DNA of 56,666 bases from Perkinsus olseni (lineage: Eukaryota): the NCBI GenBank assembly GCA_013115125.1, contig JABANN010000179.1:1-56666 (forward strand). Reading direction: 5' to 3'. Of this stretch, positions 35,735 to 49,624 are shown piece by piece. Positions within the stretch are counted from its first letter, which is position 1. Every line of letters starts with the position of its first letter. The notes below the pieces were generated by a model. It saw only the letters and a program-made list of their open reading frames with translations, did not search any database and was not told the origin of the DNA. The position numbers were made by a program, and so were the translations under genes.

Positions 35735-38700
35735 TTACTCAGAATTGCTTTCATTATAATTACGCGTCTTGTAGCGACCGTGGATCATCGGCGATTCGCT
35801 GACTCCAAAACGCGTGTTTCCGTCGGCTTCGCGTGTCTTTCCGAAACCTTGGACTTGGACGCCATCGACATTAACCTCGCGAGCTTTGGCGTAGTCGTGA
35901 GTGTCAAATTCTTCCTCAAACAATCGGAGTGCGATGGAGCCCAATGCCGAGACGCTCAATTGGTGTTGCGGAAGGGAAAGGCAGAGAAAGATGGAACAGC
36001 ATCGCCAAATCGAGATTCACCTCGCCCGTTATTCGAAGACACACTATTCTCGAGTTTCCGCAGTCACAACAATACAGCCTCCCCTGAGCGTCCGCGGCCA
36101 CGCCCAAAGGGCCACTCAACGGTCCACAGCGCTCCGATGCTGTCGTAATCTGCCGTATGAAACTGACAAGTCGGGGCGTGAGTATGAGATTGGTCTCAGG
36201 CGACCCTACACTCCTCGCTGAGTGAAGATTTGGATTCTTCCATTGTCTTTGTCGGACACAATCACCGAGCTGCCGTCAAGAGTGGTGCCGATGCCTTCGG
36301 GGTACAGGAACTGACCCGGCTCGGAGCCTTTGCTGCCAAAAGCGAAGAGAAATCTCCCTCGTGGGGATAGAACCTGAGGCCTTGCGATACGAAAAGAGCG
36401 ATTATTTCTTAGAAAGGCGAAGAATTTCTCGGTGAAAATTTTCGGGGTCCTCCCATCCCTATTTCAGCTAGTAGGGATCTCATAGGACTTTCCACACGGG
36501 TAGCCGTCGCGTCAGCTCAGAGAGAACAGAGCAACCCCACTTGTTTTCGTAACACAGCTTTCTTGAGCGCGACTATCCGAGGTCGATGAAAACAGTAAGA
36601 TGCTCAACGAGCGGAAATCAACATCGGGGGAGTTGTTCACCTGCACTCTGTGGTTGCATGAGTCTGTAATGAGAAGGTTCTGCGTGGCTGGGCAGACATG
36701 GACTCCGAAGGGACCGTAGAACTCCCCTTCGCCCGACCCGAAGGTGCCACAACAATGCAGAAATTTACCATCTCTGTCGAATATCTGAACTCGGTCGTTG
36801 CCGTATCTAAAATACAAGATACTTTCGCACAGCGAAGATTCTAAAGGTCCTCCGGTATTCACGCTGAGCGAATGGACACTGATCGACTCACTCCGCGACG
36901 ATGATCCTTCCATCAGAATCGACACCAATGCCGCTAGGGTCACAAAACTCTCCTTCGGCATCGCCACGCTGACCGATCGTGTAAACCAACTCGAGGGTAT
37001 CGGTATCGAACACTTGGACCTGATGACCCCGCATGGGGAGAACGAAGCACCTCCGAGACACCGCCTATGCCTTCGATTTTCATCAACAACGGCCCTCGCG
37101 TTTGCAAAAGACCGAATTCGATTAATCACAACAGTAAAGGTCGGACAGGAGCCATCCTGCACTCCCCGACGCACCCGATGGTTGAGACTGTCAGACACGA
37201 ACATCCTTCCGGGGCGGTTACAGACACTATAGGGCGACCGAAACTGCCCTAGACCGGACCCTCCAGCAGCGTCACCTGAAAGAAGATAGGGAGGGGCCGG
37301 CTGGATGAAGCACTGCGTACCGATTTGACCCGTTAGACTGCCGATGCCATGTCTCGTTATCTCCTCGTCGGTTTTGAGATGCAGTCTGCCGAAGCCTCGA
37401 ACGCTGTGGTGGTTGGTGGTGGCGCTGGGTGTTGCTCCCAATGGCGGCTCTGAGAGGCGTATCTTTGCTCGAGGTCGATGCTTGGAAGATACGAACGATA
37501 TGATATGATGATAGCAAGCTCGAAATCCAGGAGCGACCGGAAAATTCCGAAAACAGAAAATCGGTTCTAAATTATTACAGAAATCTGACGAGCGTGAAAA
37601 CAGCACGAACTTGTCTATCTCTGCATACAGGCTTTCATGAACAGTCGAACTGGACACTGGTCACTTGACGATTCAACCCTTTGATTGAGATCAATTCTTA
37701 ATCACCGTCAAGGGAAGCCGCGAGCGTACATTACGATGGTTTGAAAAATGGCAGTCGAAGGGTGCATCTGAGGGCGTCGGGCTCCTCTGAGACTCTGGGA
37801 CGGCCATCGTCTTCCACGGCACAACAAAACCTGCCGACCAGCCTGCCGCCGAAACGCGTTCAGGAAACTCACCGAAATTAGCAATTTTGACGACCAAGTC
37901 TTGGGAGCTTCCGAGGTCCAGGAACTGCTTGAACTGCCTCTCCCGCAGTAGTCGACAAAGTTCCTCTACGCACAAAAACAACAACATCCCCCTACGAAAA
38001 CCGAACACCTATGTCACCAATATCACTATACTATAGCCATATATCTATCACTATCTATACTAATATGTACTAGGCCTTCGTAACGAAAAAAGCGGAGCTC
38101 GGCACGAAGTCTCGGGTTCGAACCCCAGCCCGGGCTTTTTCCGTATTTTTTCGCCTTCATCTACAACGGTCCACGACGGCTTTGCTTGGTAGAACAGGGA
38201 TGAGAGCGATTTCGTATTTTTCATAGAATACACAAACCGCGAGCTTTCGAATGGTATGTGTCTCGCGAGTTGTATCGACATAGTCGTACCGAAAACCGAG
38301 CATTTTCTATTTTTTGAGTAAATTCGGGAAATTTTCAGGTGACATTGGGAATATGGTGAGCACCTACCTCCCCTCCTGGTCATGTCCGCGACCTCAGCCT
38401 TACGATTTTTTATCAAGTTGTGAGCGATCACAGCTTCTCTCGGCTGCAACTTGGCCGTTTCGGTCGCTGCTGCACTCAGGAGGCATCGAGCCTCGCTCAC
38501 TCGGGCCAATTCCGCCCTCACTGAGGCAATGTCACTCCGCACTTGCTCATCTTGCAATCTTAGCAATTTTCTCAACGCTTTGAACCTCTCCCCAACTGCA
38601 GTGAGAATGTCTTTCTCAAGTTCAGTTAGCCGAGCATCTTGATCTTCGTATAATTCATCCGCAAGCTTCAAGATTTCCTCCGAGTTCTCCCGGCCTCGCT

Positions 38701-39232
38701 CAAGCTCGCGGTCGGCGGCCTCCGTCCCGAGCTCGGTCATGCGGCTTTGTAATTTCGCGGCGAGTGACGGTGTGATCGGGCAAAAACTATGACCATCATG
38801 AAGGGAGTCGATACAGCAGGTTCCTATAGCGGCATCACAGGTCTTGCAGAACCAGACCTCGTTGTCAAGATCAAAGGCTCGGTCGCAGGTCGAGCAAGTT
38901 GGAATCTTCCACAGTCGAAGAAGCTGGTGTGACGATGTCTGACGAGCTCGGCGATGCTGCCTAGCACATTCATTGCACAACGCCAGATGACCATCCTCGC
39001 AGGTCTGATCCGAGCATTCGTATACCCCAGGACAGCCGGCAAGGCAGACTCCGCAGGGCCTCGGGCCGACACATACGGTGATGAGTTGCCCGCTGGGGCA
39101 GTCGGGGCACCGAGGACACTTCACATCTTTCACAGCGCAAGGTTGACATAGTCGATGACAGCAGGGCAAGATATGCGCGATGTCTGCGCAGTTCCCGCAG
39201 CTTACACAGGGGATCCTTGAGTAGTCGGCCAT
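35735..39232 (-). CDS. TRIM-NHL protein (RING, two B-boxes, coiled coil, NHL repeats); multi-exon, 3' end approximate
   Basis: RING CVSC..LPCCHRLCQPC..CPRC; B-box1 CGVC..C..C..LCNECARQH..H; B-box2 FCKTCDAAIGTCC...HDGH; coiled coil; NHL repeats GQFRSPYSV..SDSLNHRV, GNDRVQIFD..GEGEFYGPFGV..TDSCNHRVQV, GSEPGQFLYPEGI..SDKDNGRIQIF. Confidence 0.9.
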
Positions 39233-39342
39233 GTTAAAGACGATGCAAAAACATCGAAGCGTGAAGAGCCCCGGAACCGCCAGCTGTTAGGGCAACGAAA
39301 TAACGAATGATAAAATTGAAAAATCTTTGACCTTCGCTCCGC

Positions 39343-42300
39343 TCACAAAGAGCTTGGGACACCAGCTGGACGAGATTCCAAATCGACACAAAATTTTTTC
39401 ACGGCAGTTTGAAGTTTTTTCATCTCCTTCTGGCCCGAGAAGAAATGATTCGCGCCTTTCACCTGCACGGAAGTTATCACGCAAAGATGCGCACCGTAGA
39501 GACCCGGCGAAGATACTAAATGCTGAGCGGTGCTCTAGAGCCCGGAGAGCTGTCCAGCGGCTGGACAACTCCCCGGCTGGGCTCCAGCCCCGACTCACCG
39601 TGATTCGATCGACCGAGCACTCCGGCCCGAATGCCTTCTGCAAATTGTTCGACATCTCGCATGGAACGAGAACATCAGCCGTACCGTGGACCTGGCAGAC
39701 AAGCGCCGCAGCGTCATCGGGTCTGCTCGTCGATGGGAAAAATATAATTTCCGAACCGCGAAATGTTCAGAGTTTGTATATAAACACCTTCAGGCCCATA
39801 AAGAGAGCGTCAAACAAGAATCTCGTTTCCGCAAGCTTCTCCAAGAATAGCGATAGCTATACGTGTCATTGTGATATCTGATCCGGGAGCCCGAGATTGT
39901 CGACTAGAGCTTCCTAGAAGCCTTCGGAATACGCTACATATTATAGTGGTTATCGGATAACTGTTCTACATCGCCCATAACAATAATATCGGTATATTTC
40001 ACCATCTTGAGAGGAGGCAGCAGTCTGCTATGAGCAGACGTGCGCTTGATACCCGAGGACCGCTATACGTTAGCCGTAGAGGGTGTAAAGCAGAGCCGCG
40101 CCTGCGATATCACTGCTGTCTGTGGAGACACAGACGGAATTGCCGTTGGACCCACCGGGCAGATGTAGTAGAAGCCGAAGGGGCGTTGCTTCAAGACGAC
40201 AATGCTCGCAAGACTAGCGTGATCGAGGAAAAAGCACCGGTCGATCCAGATGGGTAGGTCATTTCCGCGAAACTCATCAAAAATGAGCTCTGCAAGTACA
40301 CCAAGAACTCCGTGTAGATCCACTCAGAAAGGGAATCAGCGACCTTGAGGAGTCAGCTGACTCGCCAGCAGTCCTCACTGGTCATCGACTAGCCCCCGTG
40401 ATGGTCCTCAGACGACTCGTTCCCCTCCTCAAAGAAGTTAGACGAACCCCCTTTCCGCGACATCGCCGCCTGAACCGCCGCCATGGTAGTGTAGCGCGAA
40501 GTCACTAGAAAGATAGATATAGACTTCTATTTCTAGACTAGTAATGCCACTTTTCGGGTAGCCTTCCCGGCGGAGCGAGGAAGCGTGGTGTTTTTCGGCG
40601 CAGTGAGTGCAGTCCATCACCGACGTTGGGTTCAGGTACATATTGATGTGAAAAAAATTAAACCTAAATGAGCTGAGAGAGACTGCAGCACCGGAGACAC
40701 CATTTTACACTGCGCTGCGGCGACCTGTCGCTAGCGTTGACCGGCGACACACTCCAATAGCATCTTACCAGAAGTAGAGGTACATGCTGTGGCCAGAGGC
40801 GAGAGATCTCTTCTTTCTCTGGCAGGCAGCCATAGCTGTCGTAGTAACCCCTACTCAAGCGCCACTCAACAGGCTGGGGCTGAAAAGGGTGATACGAATG
40901 ATGCAGACGAGAGGAACGGGACATCGACAAATTTCGAATGTATTTCAACTGACGCAACGCTAACTCGAGGAGAAGGTTCACCCAGTTGAACTTCAACTGT
41001 TAAATACTCGCGCGCTTTGCCAGAACATGATTAGACACCCCCGAACCGGAAAACAGACCGCAGGGTCCATGCTCACGGCTTACTTTAGGGGCCCCCTCAA
41101 TCTCGTGACTGTTAATGACAGATCCGTCTTTTTCGTCAATCGCCACTTCAACGAGCGGCCAGAAGTTCGTAACACACTCGCCAGTTCTTTCGAATGCATC
41201 AATCTGACACGAGGCTCCAAGCCTCAAGCTTGGCACGGAGAGTCATTGCATATAACTCGAGCACGGACTTCAAACGACTTCCAGGGCGAACATTCTCGTC
41301 ACCTGTTCTTGGTTGAAGTCAAGTTTGGCGCCAGATCTCGGCTCATCGAGACAGGCGACGGAGATGACCCCTGCCAGGAGAGACCGAAGGCCCTCCGAGA
41401 GCGTGCTGGCCATGACAGGTGCGCAGACGGCAAGGAATGCACCTAGAGAAGATTCACTTCATTAGAAAACATATGAAACGGCTGATCGAATTCGGGAGTC
41501 AAATACTTATATTTCCTGTTGAGGGCACTTCCCAGCATGGGAGTCCCAGGGTGCAACGAACACATAGTCAGAATAGAGTCGGCAGCAATCGGCACGGCTA
41601 CACAAACAGAAACCCCAATGGCCGATAGTAAAGTGAAGATTCACTTCGAACCAGCTATCCTGTCATCAACTCACCCGTGCTGAATCCGAGCAGAAAGATC
41701 TTTTCCAAGCCCGGCAAGTGTTCTTTCAGCCACTCGCAAACAGCGTTCAGATCCTCGATGTCGCCGACAAGGGTTTTGTCGTAAAATTGACCGCTGAAGG
41801 TAAAAAATGATAACCGAAAACGAGGATATTTCTTCGGAGTTCAGAGCATTTTCCGAATTTCTCCCGATGGTGTTCTGACCAATTTCGAGCAGCAACACTT
41901 CTTGATGATTTCGAAATCCATTGATGTGATATAAGATGAGCAAGTGGAATCATTTTTCTCGTCGCTTCTCGACTTCGGGTGCCCTCAATTGAAATGTTAG
42001 AGAGAAAAAATAGGAAATTTAGGTGTGGAAAAATTCAAACCTATTAGAAATCGTTAGGCTCACCGCTGAGACACAAGTTGTTTCAAGCAATTAAATGATA
42101 ACATCGAAGTAGAACTTGAACCCAGCGTGCGCTCACCCAGAGTTGGGCACTCCATTCGTGTTAAAAGGACAGAAGGCCATGTCATTGCCCTCTGTACTCG
42201 ACAGGACAGCCTCGGCCATTTTAGAACTCATCCGGCTGCCGTGAAGGACCTTAGGCGAGTCGGCCCTTGTGAGACTGAAAAAGATACTCGGAAAATCGAT

Positions 42301-42980
42301 CGAACATTTCCCAGAATTCTTCAGTTACTGTCGAGTGAAGCAATGCCACTGTATTGAGTTGGGGGTAGTACGTGCAGTTGACGAGCGTTTCAATTGTAAG
42401 TTTGCGTGTAGACTACAATGACCGGATAAATTCGAATTTGCCTGCAGAAAAAGGCAAAGGAAATCTTTCTACGAGATGGGTTCCGCACGAGAAGAAGTGA
42501 AAGACCACGTACTGTAAATTTCGAACAAAAAAGAGCAGATATTACTATAACTACAGGTTTAACCCGTCTGGTTGGTAACTAACATGTATCTTCCGAGTAC
42601 GAGCATCTTACGGTAAAAAGCGAGCTTCAGCCTTCCGCTGGAGTTCGCCTGAGCATCTCACTGGTCTCACACCACTATCAGGGAAGCCATGGAGATAGAC
42701 GCCAACAGATCGGATCTAAAGGCATCTCGATTCGCTAGAAGCGATTCATCGGAGCGATCATCAGTGAGCTCTATCGCGGGCTGCATTGGCAAGACAGGAC
42801 GAAGAAGTAGTACTAGGCTCCCAAGTAGTTGGGATAACAGCAAGTTTGGTGGAAGATTGTCGATCTCTTGTATTCCTTTCCTGGGGTACGCTTACTTGTC
42901 TTCTCGTAATAAACAACGCTTCCCACTACATCTTACTTTATCGAGTGGAACATCCTTCTTGGTTTCCAGTAAAGATTGAA
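39343..42980 (-). CDS. Alpha/beta-hydrolase; multi-exon, start uncertain
   Basis: VYLHGFPDSG (~42690); PFNTNGVPNSG-GQFYDKTLVGDIEDL; nucleophile FLLGFSTG-AFLAV; acid VHGTADVLVP (~39660-39690); His VKGANHFF (~39445); stop TGA at 39343-39345. Confidence 0.85.
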
Positions 42981-43572
42981 TACTCAGCACCCCCTTCGAT
43001 GCTGTCGATTGGTACTTCGCAAAAAACAAGTAGTAAGAAGATGAGGCCATCAGCAAGGATGCAAGTAAGCTATAAAGGCAACGTTGGTCTCGGAGAGGAG
43101 CAAAGGCGAAATTGACCGTCGGAATTTCAAGATCGTACCAGAGCTGCGAGCTTATTCGTCTGATGCCGTCGCCATAATGTTCACCATGAACAGTTCATGT
43201 CGCTGATCCTACCTAGCTCCGGTGAGAATCTGTCTCATCGCCCACAGAGAGCTCCCAACTGAGCACATCGGCTTCGAGTCTAACTAAGCCTAAACCGTAA
43301 GCGTTGGACTATAAACTCACACACGCCGATGAAAAGCTTCGCCGAGGTTAAGCTGAATCGTCGATGACGCAAAGCCGGTAAGCCATAGATAGCATTCCAG
43401 ATGACAGAAGCTCGGTCACAGAACCAGGAGCCTGTGTGTTGTGTTGCCGATCAGCCAGTCTCTCAGCGCCACCTTGGAACAAGAGGTCCCCCTCCACTAT
43501 TCACATCCCCCAAGACCTCGCCCGACGATGGCTGAACGATCGTTGAGCGTCGGTCCATCTCGGTGGACACTC

Positions 43573-43610
43573 TTCTCTACGCTCTATTCTACGCTCTATT
43601 CTACGCTCAT
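43573..43610 (+). repeat. 12-bp tandem repeat (TTCTACGCTCTA, ~3 copies)
   Basis: ctctacgctctattctacgctctattctacgctcat. Confidence 0.85.
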
Positions 43611-44099
43611 TACGCATAAAAAGCGTTGAGTGTACTGCACAACTGTGGCCAGTACGCGTACTTTTTACGCGCTTCGCGTACGCTGGTATTAGCCCAACTC
43701 TCAGTAACACCAAGTGCTGTTGAATTGATAAAAGTTAGACTGCTACTCCCATTTCCGTCTCCTAGTCATATAAGAGGCCAAAATTAATGAGAATTCGACA
43801 AGCACAGAAATGATCGACAGACTATTACAAAGTGACAGTTATGATTGACAGTTATTTCTGTGCGAAGTTCGAAACGCGTGCCATTACGCGTACTACGCGT
43901 GATCACGCGTAATGGCGTATTTCGCACGCGTTATCACGTGGAGTGTATTATCTACACTTCACTTCGCGTATTTCGCGTAATTACACTGGCGTAAAGCTGT
44001 TTTACGCGTAATGCAGGTGCATCTCCATTGTATTTCACTTAAACTTGAACAATCGCCGATGACATGCACACAGCTGAAGATCAAAAACACTACATGAAC

Positions 44100-47000
44100 A
44101 ATAATATAACCCTGGAAGTTTCACACTTGGTCAGTGGCCGTTTTGAATCTCCTCGCTCCAGTTCCTTCGCGGTCGTCTTCAGCCGGGCGTTTGCCCGCGT
44201 TCTTAAGGAATTTTGCAATTTTCTCAATTTCCCACAAAATTTTGATATAGCAGAAAATTTTCGGCTGGAGAAATTGGCGATGGAAAAGTTGTATTGTCGA
44301 CGAAATGGGCAGTGCTTCGCCGCCGGGCCCGGAAGTAGAATCGACAAGTGCAGTTTCGACATTGACCTCTCTCCTAGCAAGCCGTTATCTCAAGCGTGAC
44401 CACTGAAAACTGGCACCTGGGCCGGGAATGCGGACGCTGAAACCTGATATTCCAAACTTGCTGGGCGAGCTGATTCCTTAATCTACATGCATGGGCCCGC
44501 TGGAGCGAGAGGGAGCAGAAAAATCGATACTCGAAAAAGCGAATCTCAGTTCCTCCGATTTCAACTCAACAACAGCCTTAACATTAGCCGTTATTTTTCT
44601 CGGAAAATAAAGTCGGGTGAAGATATCTGTCAGGTTCAACTTTCCGTACCTCCGCCGCCGGCGCCTGTTTCCCCTTAGCGCCGCCACCCGGTTTTCGCAG
44701 CAGATGAATCGGTCGATCGAACCCTCGGACGTCGCACGTCGCCGTCGCTGATGAGAGAAGCGCCTACCTCGAGACGTATCAATCGAAAGCTTCTTACCGG
44801 GGCTGGGCTTGAGCGTGCACTCGAGGACGAAACCAACTTCCTTCTCGAGATAGTCCACAAATTGTGTTGGTCTTAGTTCAATCGAGTTGAAGTTGGCTCT
44901 GAGGAACGATGAATGAAAAAAGGGAAAATCCCGATTACGGATATTTTTGAATGGATGTTGTAAGCGCTTGGACTAGCACTATCACCAAAGACGTGGTGAG
45001 GGGAAAAAGTCTTCCTGCTTGAATGCCGCTGATGCAAAAGAAAATCGCGCGCGCCACAGTGATCGATGCACAACATATAGTGCATTCTCGAAAAGTAAAA
45101 CAGAAATTTTATCAGTTTTTCGCTATTAATCTACGAATGAATTGATATCGAACACCCGTGGACATAGTACACTCACACCAATCATATATATATTTTACAC
45201 GCGAAACTGCTGATCGATTGTGGATATCTGGGCGCGCGACGAAATTTAACTCATTTTTACCATGCAGTTTCGATAAGCAGTTCTTATCGACGCTCATGGT
45301 AAATTCTCATTTCGTCAATAATCCAAAAACTTGCCTCACGATTTCATGATCAACGAGCCTCTTCCTCGCTCACTAATCATGCAGTCCAACATGAACCTCG
45401 AACTCAATTTTATGCTACAAACGCTATGTCAACTGTTCATCGAAATAACCCTTACCGTATCTCCTTCGTCAAATTGCGCTTCTTCCTGTAAGATTTCCAG
45501 TCCTGTGGCTCGAAGATAAACAGTCCACCAGGCCTGAGCAGCGAGGTCGAGCATGCAAGATACACACATCAAAGATACGCATATTCTAAGCAAGAAGAAC
45601 GAAACCGTAAGATACTCGAAGATACGTCCCAAAGGCTGAAGAAACGACTGCCGCTACCAGAAGAGAATCATTATTTTTCCTCACAAAAAACTGCAGAAAA
45701 TTCTGAACTCTCAAAGCCCGCAGCAGACCTCGGGAGCATCCTCACTTGAGCAAGCCGTAAATCTTCGAGAAAACGTGCTTAACGCCTTCGTCTCCGTGAT
45801 GATAGTGAATCCATTTGATGACGGATAACAGGAAGATCACGTCATACCTGAGTAACGAAGGAAACCGTCGAGATAGGAGAGCCAGCTGCACCCGAAAGCT
45901 ACACCTGAAATCCGAAGAATTTTTCCCATCCTTCTTCAAAAATGTTATCCGGAAATAAATATCAAAAAAAATCTGCCCGAATTTCTGCTCACCAAAAAAG
46001 GGTAAAATTTTCCGCTTTTCCCAGCTCAGGTAAAAAAAGACAAAATATTTCCAACTAGAATTCTTCTATCCACACACACAGACAATTCTACATACAGTAT
46101 TACCCTCGGCAGAATTTTTCCGCGCGCCCTTTAATTATCGATCACCGTGCTTACTTTCCCTTCTCGTGTGTGCAGGGCGATGCCACGGTAATTGTTGATC
46201 CGTCGTTAACATCGATATCGACCGTGTCCCTCGAGACGTCCTCGGTCCGAAACTCGATATTAAACGGAAATCGATCGCTAACATGTTCAACTTTCTCTCG
46301 TCCACTGAAAAGTTGGGCACGGAAATTAGCGCACGCCCAGGTGATCGATTTCCTTCAAAGCTTACAATGGCTTGACAAAATTCTCAACATGCTGCTCGGC
46401 GATAGAGAGGACTTTATTTGTGATGGGAGGCACTCCTGCTCGCCTGGTGAGTGCGATAGGGAAGGTGGGTTCGAGCGCGGCGGCCCGTCGCCGGCCGATC
46501 GACGTTGATTTATGGGCTGATAACGAGGATGTGGGCACCTGAATCGGGAAGGAAAGAATAACTCGGATGCTCTTGGTGTAAAGATATGGTAACCGTAATG
46601 GACCAGAGAAAAAGCGATCTTCATCCTGAATCTGATTGTGAAGGGAACCTTGCCCGACGCGGGCTTCGCCGAGAGTATCTTTTATTTCAGGTACGATAAA
46701 AAGGTCGACATGATAAATCTGGCAGCATAAGATTTCTTCGATATTCGAGCGATGTTTAAATTCATCAGAATCGCGGTCGAAAAGCAACCGCGCCGAAAAT
46801 GCGGAAATCTAAGATTCTCCCCAGCCAACTGCGGCACAGCGCCTCACCACATTCAGAGGGAAACCGTCATGCTTGTATTTTCGCAGTTGCCGCAGCGCCT
46901 GGTCGATAAGACTATGATCGATATCGACGCCGACCACTCGTCTCGCGCCCAAGATGTAGGCCACGTAGAAAGTAACGAAACCGATGTTGCATCTGAAATG

Positions 47001-48944
47001 ACAAGGGAAAGTTGTGGTCACCATAGGACTGTCGTGATGGGAATTGCGAAAAAGACGGTATCCAAAACTTGAGAATCTTAGGTCGATCATGCGCGTGACA
47101 GCAGATACGTGGCCGACGTCTGAGGGAGAGGTGAGAAGGGCAGAAGAATTCAGCTTAGGGAGAGAGATCATAAAATTGCAAAAAAGGGATTGCCAATAAT
47201 TTTTTCCGTAAACTTTAGGTGATTTAATACCATTTTCCACAGGAAGAATCTCTCTCCGAAATAGACAAAATATCAAAAAAAAAGGAAATTAGTCGAAAAT
47301 TTTCAATGCGCAAACTCCCAAGAACAGTAAGAAAAAATGAAAGTATCTTGTTACCCTATGTCAAGCACGGTCTTGTCATGGAAGAAGTCGAGCTGATCTC
47401 CGCCCAAGTACTGCATTAGCGCACTCAAACGGGAATCCACGAACGCCTGAACAACACGAGCAATGCTCTTCGTGATGCCACCGAGAAATACCCCACCCGA
47501 GTTTCGTGGCGATAGTTGTAGTATCGATCGTAATTCCCATACTCGAAAATGGAGCGTTTACTTCGGAATACGGGCGGGGGCAGCAAGGACTGGTCCTGAT
47601 CATAATGACGACAGTAAATAACGAGATCACGTTGAAACTGAATCCTGTCAGGTCGCAAGAAAACTACTGGGAACGAGTGCCTTCTTCGCCTTTACCATAT
47701 GACGATCATTCCACGGCAATTCGGAAACTGAGCTCGGGTGCTCGGGCCGTCAGTGGTGGCTTTGAGGTGAACACACCAGTAAGACGTGGTCACTTTCGGA
47801 CCGCCGAAGGCGTTGATATGCTCTTACCGGTGGCGAGTCCTCGGCGGCGATCGGAGGGAAGGTGGTCGAAGTTGAGGGAACCATATGATCGTTAATCGCC
47901 GGGTTGTTTATGAAATCATTAAAGATATTATCATCGTAATCGCCCTGGCCCGCTGAGAACTCCATTCTCGGTCTCTTCGATGCGACCCCATCTGAGAATG
48001 ATAGTTGCGCAAGCCCACATGCGCCCTCAGGATGCGGTGAAAATGTGGTATCGAGGTGACTGCACATGAGAAATCTAATACGAACTAGATCCTGACGGTG
48101 AGCTCAGTGATTATCGATCCGTTCGGGACCTCGACAAATTTCTGTCAAAGAAAATTTTCTTCGGGATGACTGGAAAAAAAATTAGCACTTGTGTCGAAAA
48201 AAAACGAAAATTTTCCCCTCAAGCTGGCTGTTGAACGGTTGTTTTGTAAACCTACCATCATCAGCCCGACCTCTCTCTTCTCTCGGGCGCTTCGACGCAG
48301 TGAAGACTGGCGGATGAACGACATCCGACGCGACTGGAAGGGCGTCGGGGAGGGTATCGAGACCTACTTGAAAATGCTGATGCGTGCCGAAACCCCTCCC
48401 TCTTGAAACTAGATACAGCGGTGCTTGTCTGACTAAGTCGGTTTCGGCGTTAGACTCAAAGCTCACACGAACGCATGCTGATAGTTTTCTCACACAAGAC
48501 GCGATAAACTCCCTCTCGTTCGAAGTAACCATTCTAATAAAACTGCGTGGAGAAGAATTTTGACATGAAGAATGGAAATAAACAAGTTTCGAGCGGAGGA
48601 ATTCACCTGTATTTGGCGAGAATATCAGACCATCGTCCGTAGCAGGGGTGTCTATGAAGATGCTATCGTCCTGGTGGAACTCAGCGTCGTTGCCTGAAAA
48701 ATGAAGATCATCAAAGAAAGTTGGAAACACCAGTGGGAGTCCTTCCGTTGGTCATTTTTGCGAGAGGGCGGCGCTTCATGAGAGTATGAGAGCAAAGATC
48801 ACAACCCGAGCGGTGGAGCGAGCGACCCTTACCGTCATGAGCATGCGTGTCGGAAGATACCTCCTCCGCCGGAACAACGACAGTGATGGTATCATCATGA
48901 CCAGCACCGTCCATCAGGCTCGCACTCGTCGAATTTTCGGCCAT
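44100..48944 (-). CDS. MEPCE: Bin3/MePCE-family RNA methylphosphate-capping methyltransferase; multi-exon, ends approximate
   Basis: FEYGNYDRYYNYR; KTVLDIG-CNIGFVT...VVGVDIDHSLI; FPIAL; FPFNIEF; YDVIFLLSVIKWIHYHHGDEGVKHVF; PGGLFIFEPQDWKSY; FVDYLEKEVGF; GFDRPIHLLRK. Long disordered N-terminal exons from the ATG at 48944 are less certain. Confidence 0.9.
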
Positions 48945-49624
48945 CCAGGAGATGGTAAAATTCTGGTATGCCGCAACCGTCAAGATTTTAATAATATCAT
49001 CCCGCAAGAGTAGTTCCCATGGAAGGATCCGCGGACCCTTTTTCCTTCAAGAGAACTCTCGCGAATGGAAAAATCGTCCCGAAGAGAATCACGGAAAATT
49101 GCAACTTCGGCAAGGCTCCGCGTCCAGGTTGAAATCGAGTCCCTAGCGATGAGACGGAATTTCGATTCCGACTGCACCGGACCGGTGCGAGCCCCTCACG
49201 GACAAGTTGGAGAACTGAAAGGCCGTCCTTTTTTTCGGGAGGCTGCCTTTAACGAAAAAATCGTCTATGCCTCGGAAAAATTGGTTTTTTTCGGCTCTGA
49301 CTGGATTGCCGCGCTTAAACGAGCGTACTAGCGATTTTTGGGGGCCTCATAAAAGCATCATCGAATTCTCTTTCCAAACCCTCGGCGATTGACGAGAGCG
49401 GAATTAATAATTGAGAACGAGTTGATGATGACGATATCCCGAAGTGAGCCAATCTCCTCCCCCGCCGAGAGAGATTCCCGAAAAGTTCACTCTTGAACGA
49501 AACCCGTCATTTTGGATGATGGAAATGAAACAGAATAGTAATGAGAAAGAAGACGGACGTGATGTTATCAACTTTACAATATAATAACAGAAAAAGATAC
49601 GCTAATAAAGCGGCGCGCGGTTTT

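Noticed and set aside
39693-40767. Nested gene in the ~1.1-kb hydrolase intron
   Set aside because: There are some coding-looking stretches, but no supportable start, stop or homology.
41830-41953. FHA-like peptide LLLEIGQNTIGR
   Set aside because: It has an upstream in-frame stop and lies within an intron of the alpha/beta hydrolase, whose flanking exons join cleanly (NSG-GQFYD).
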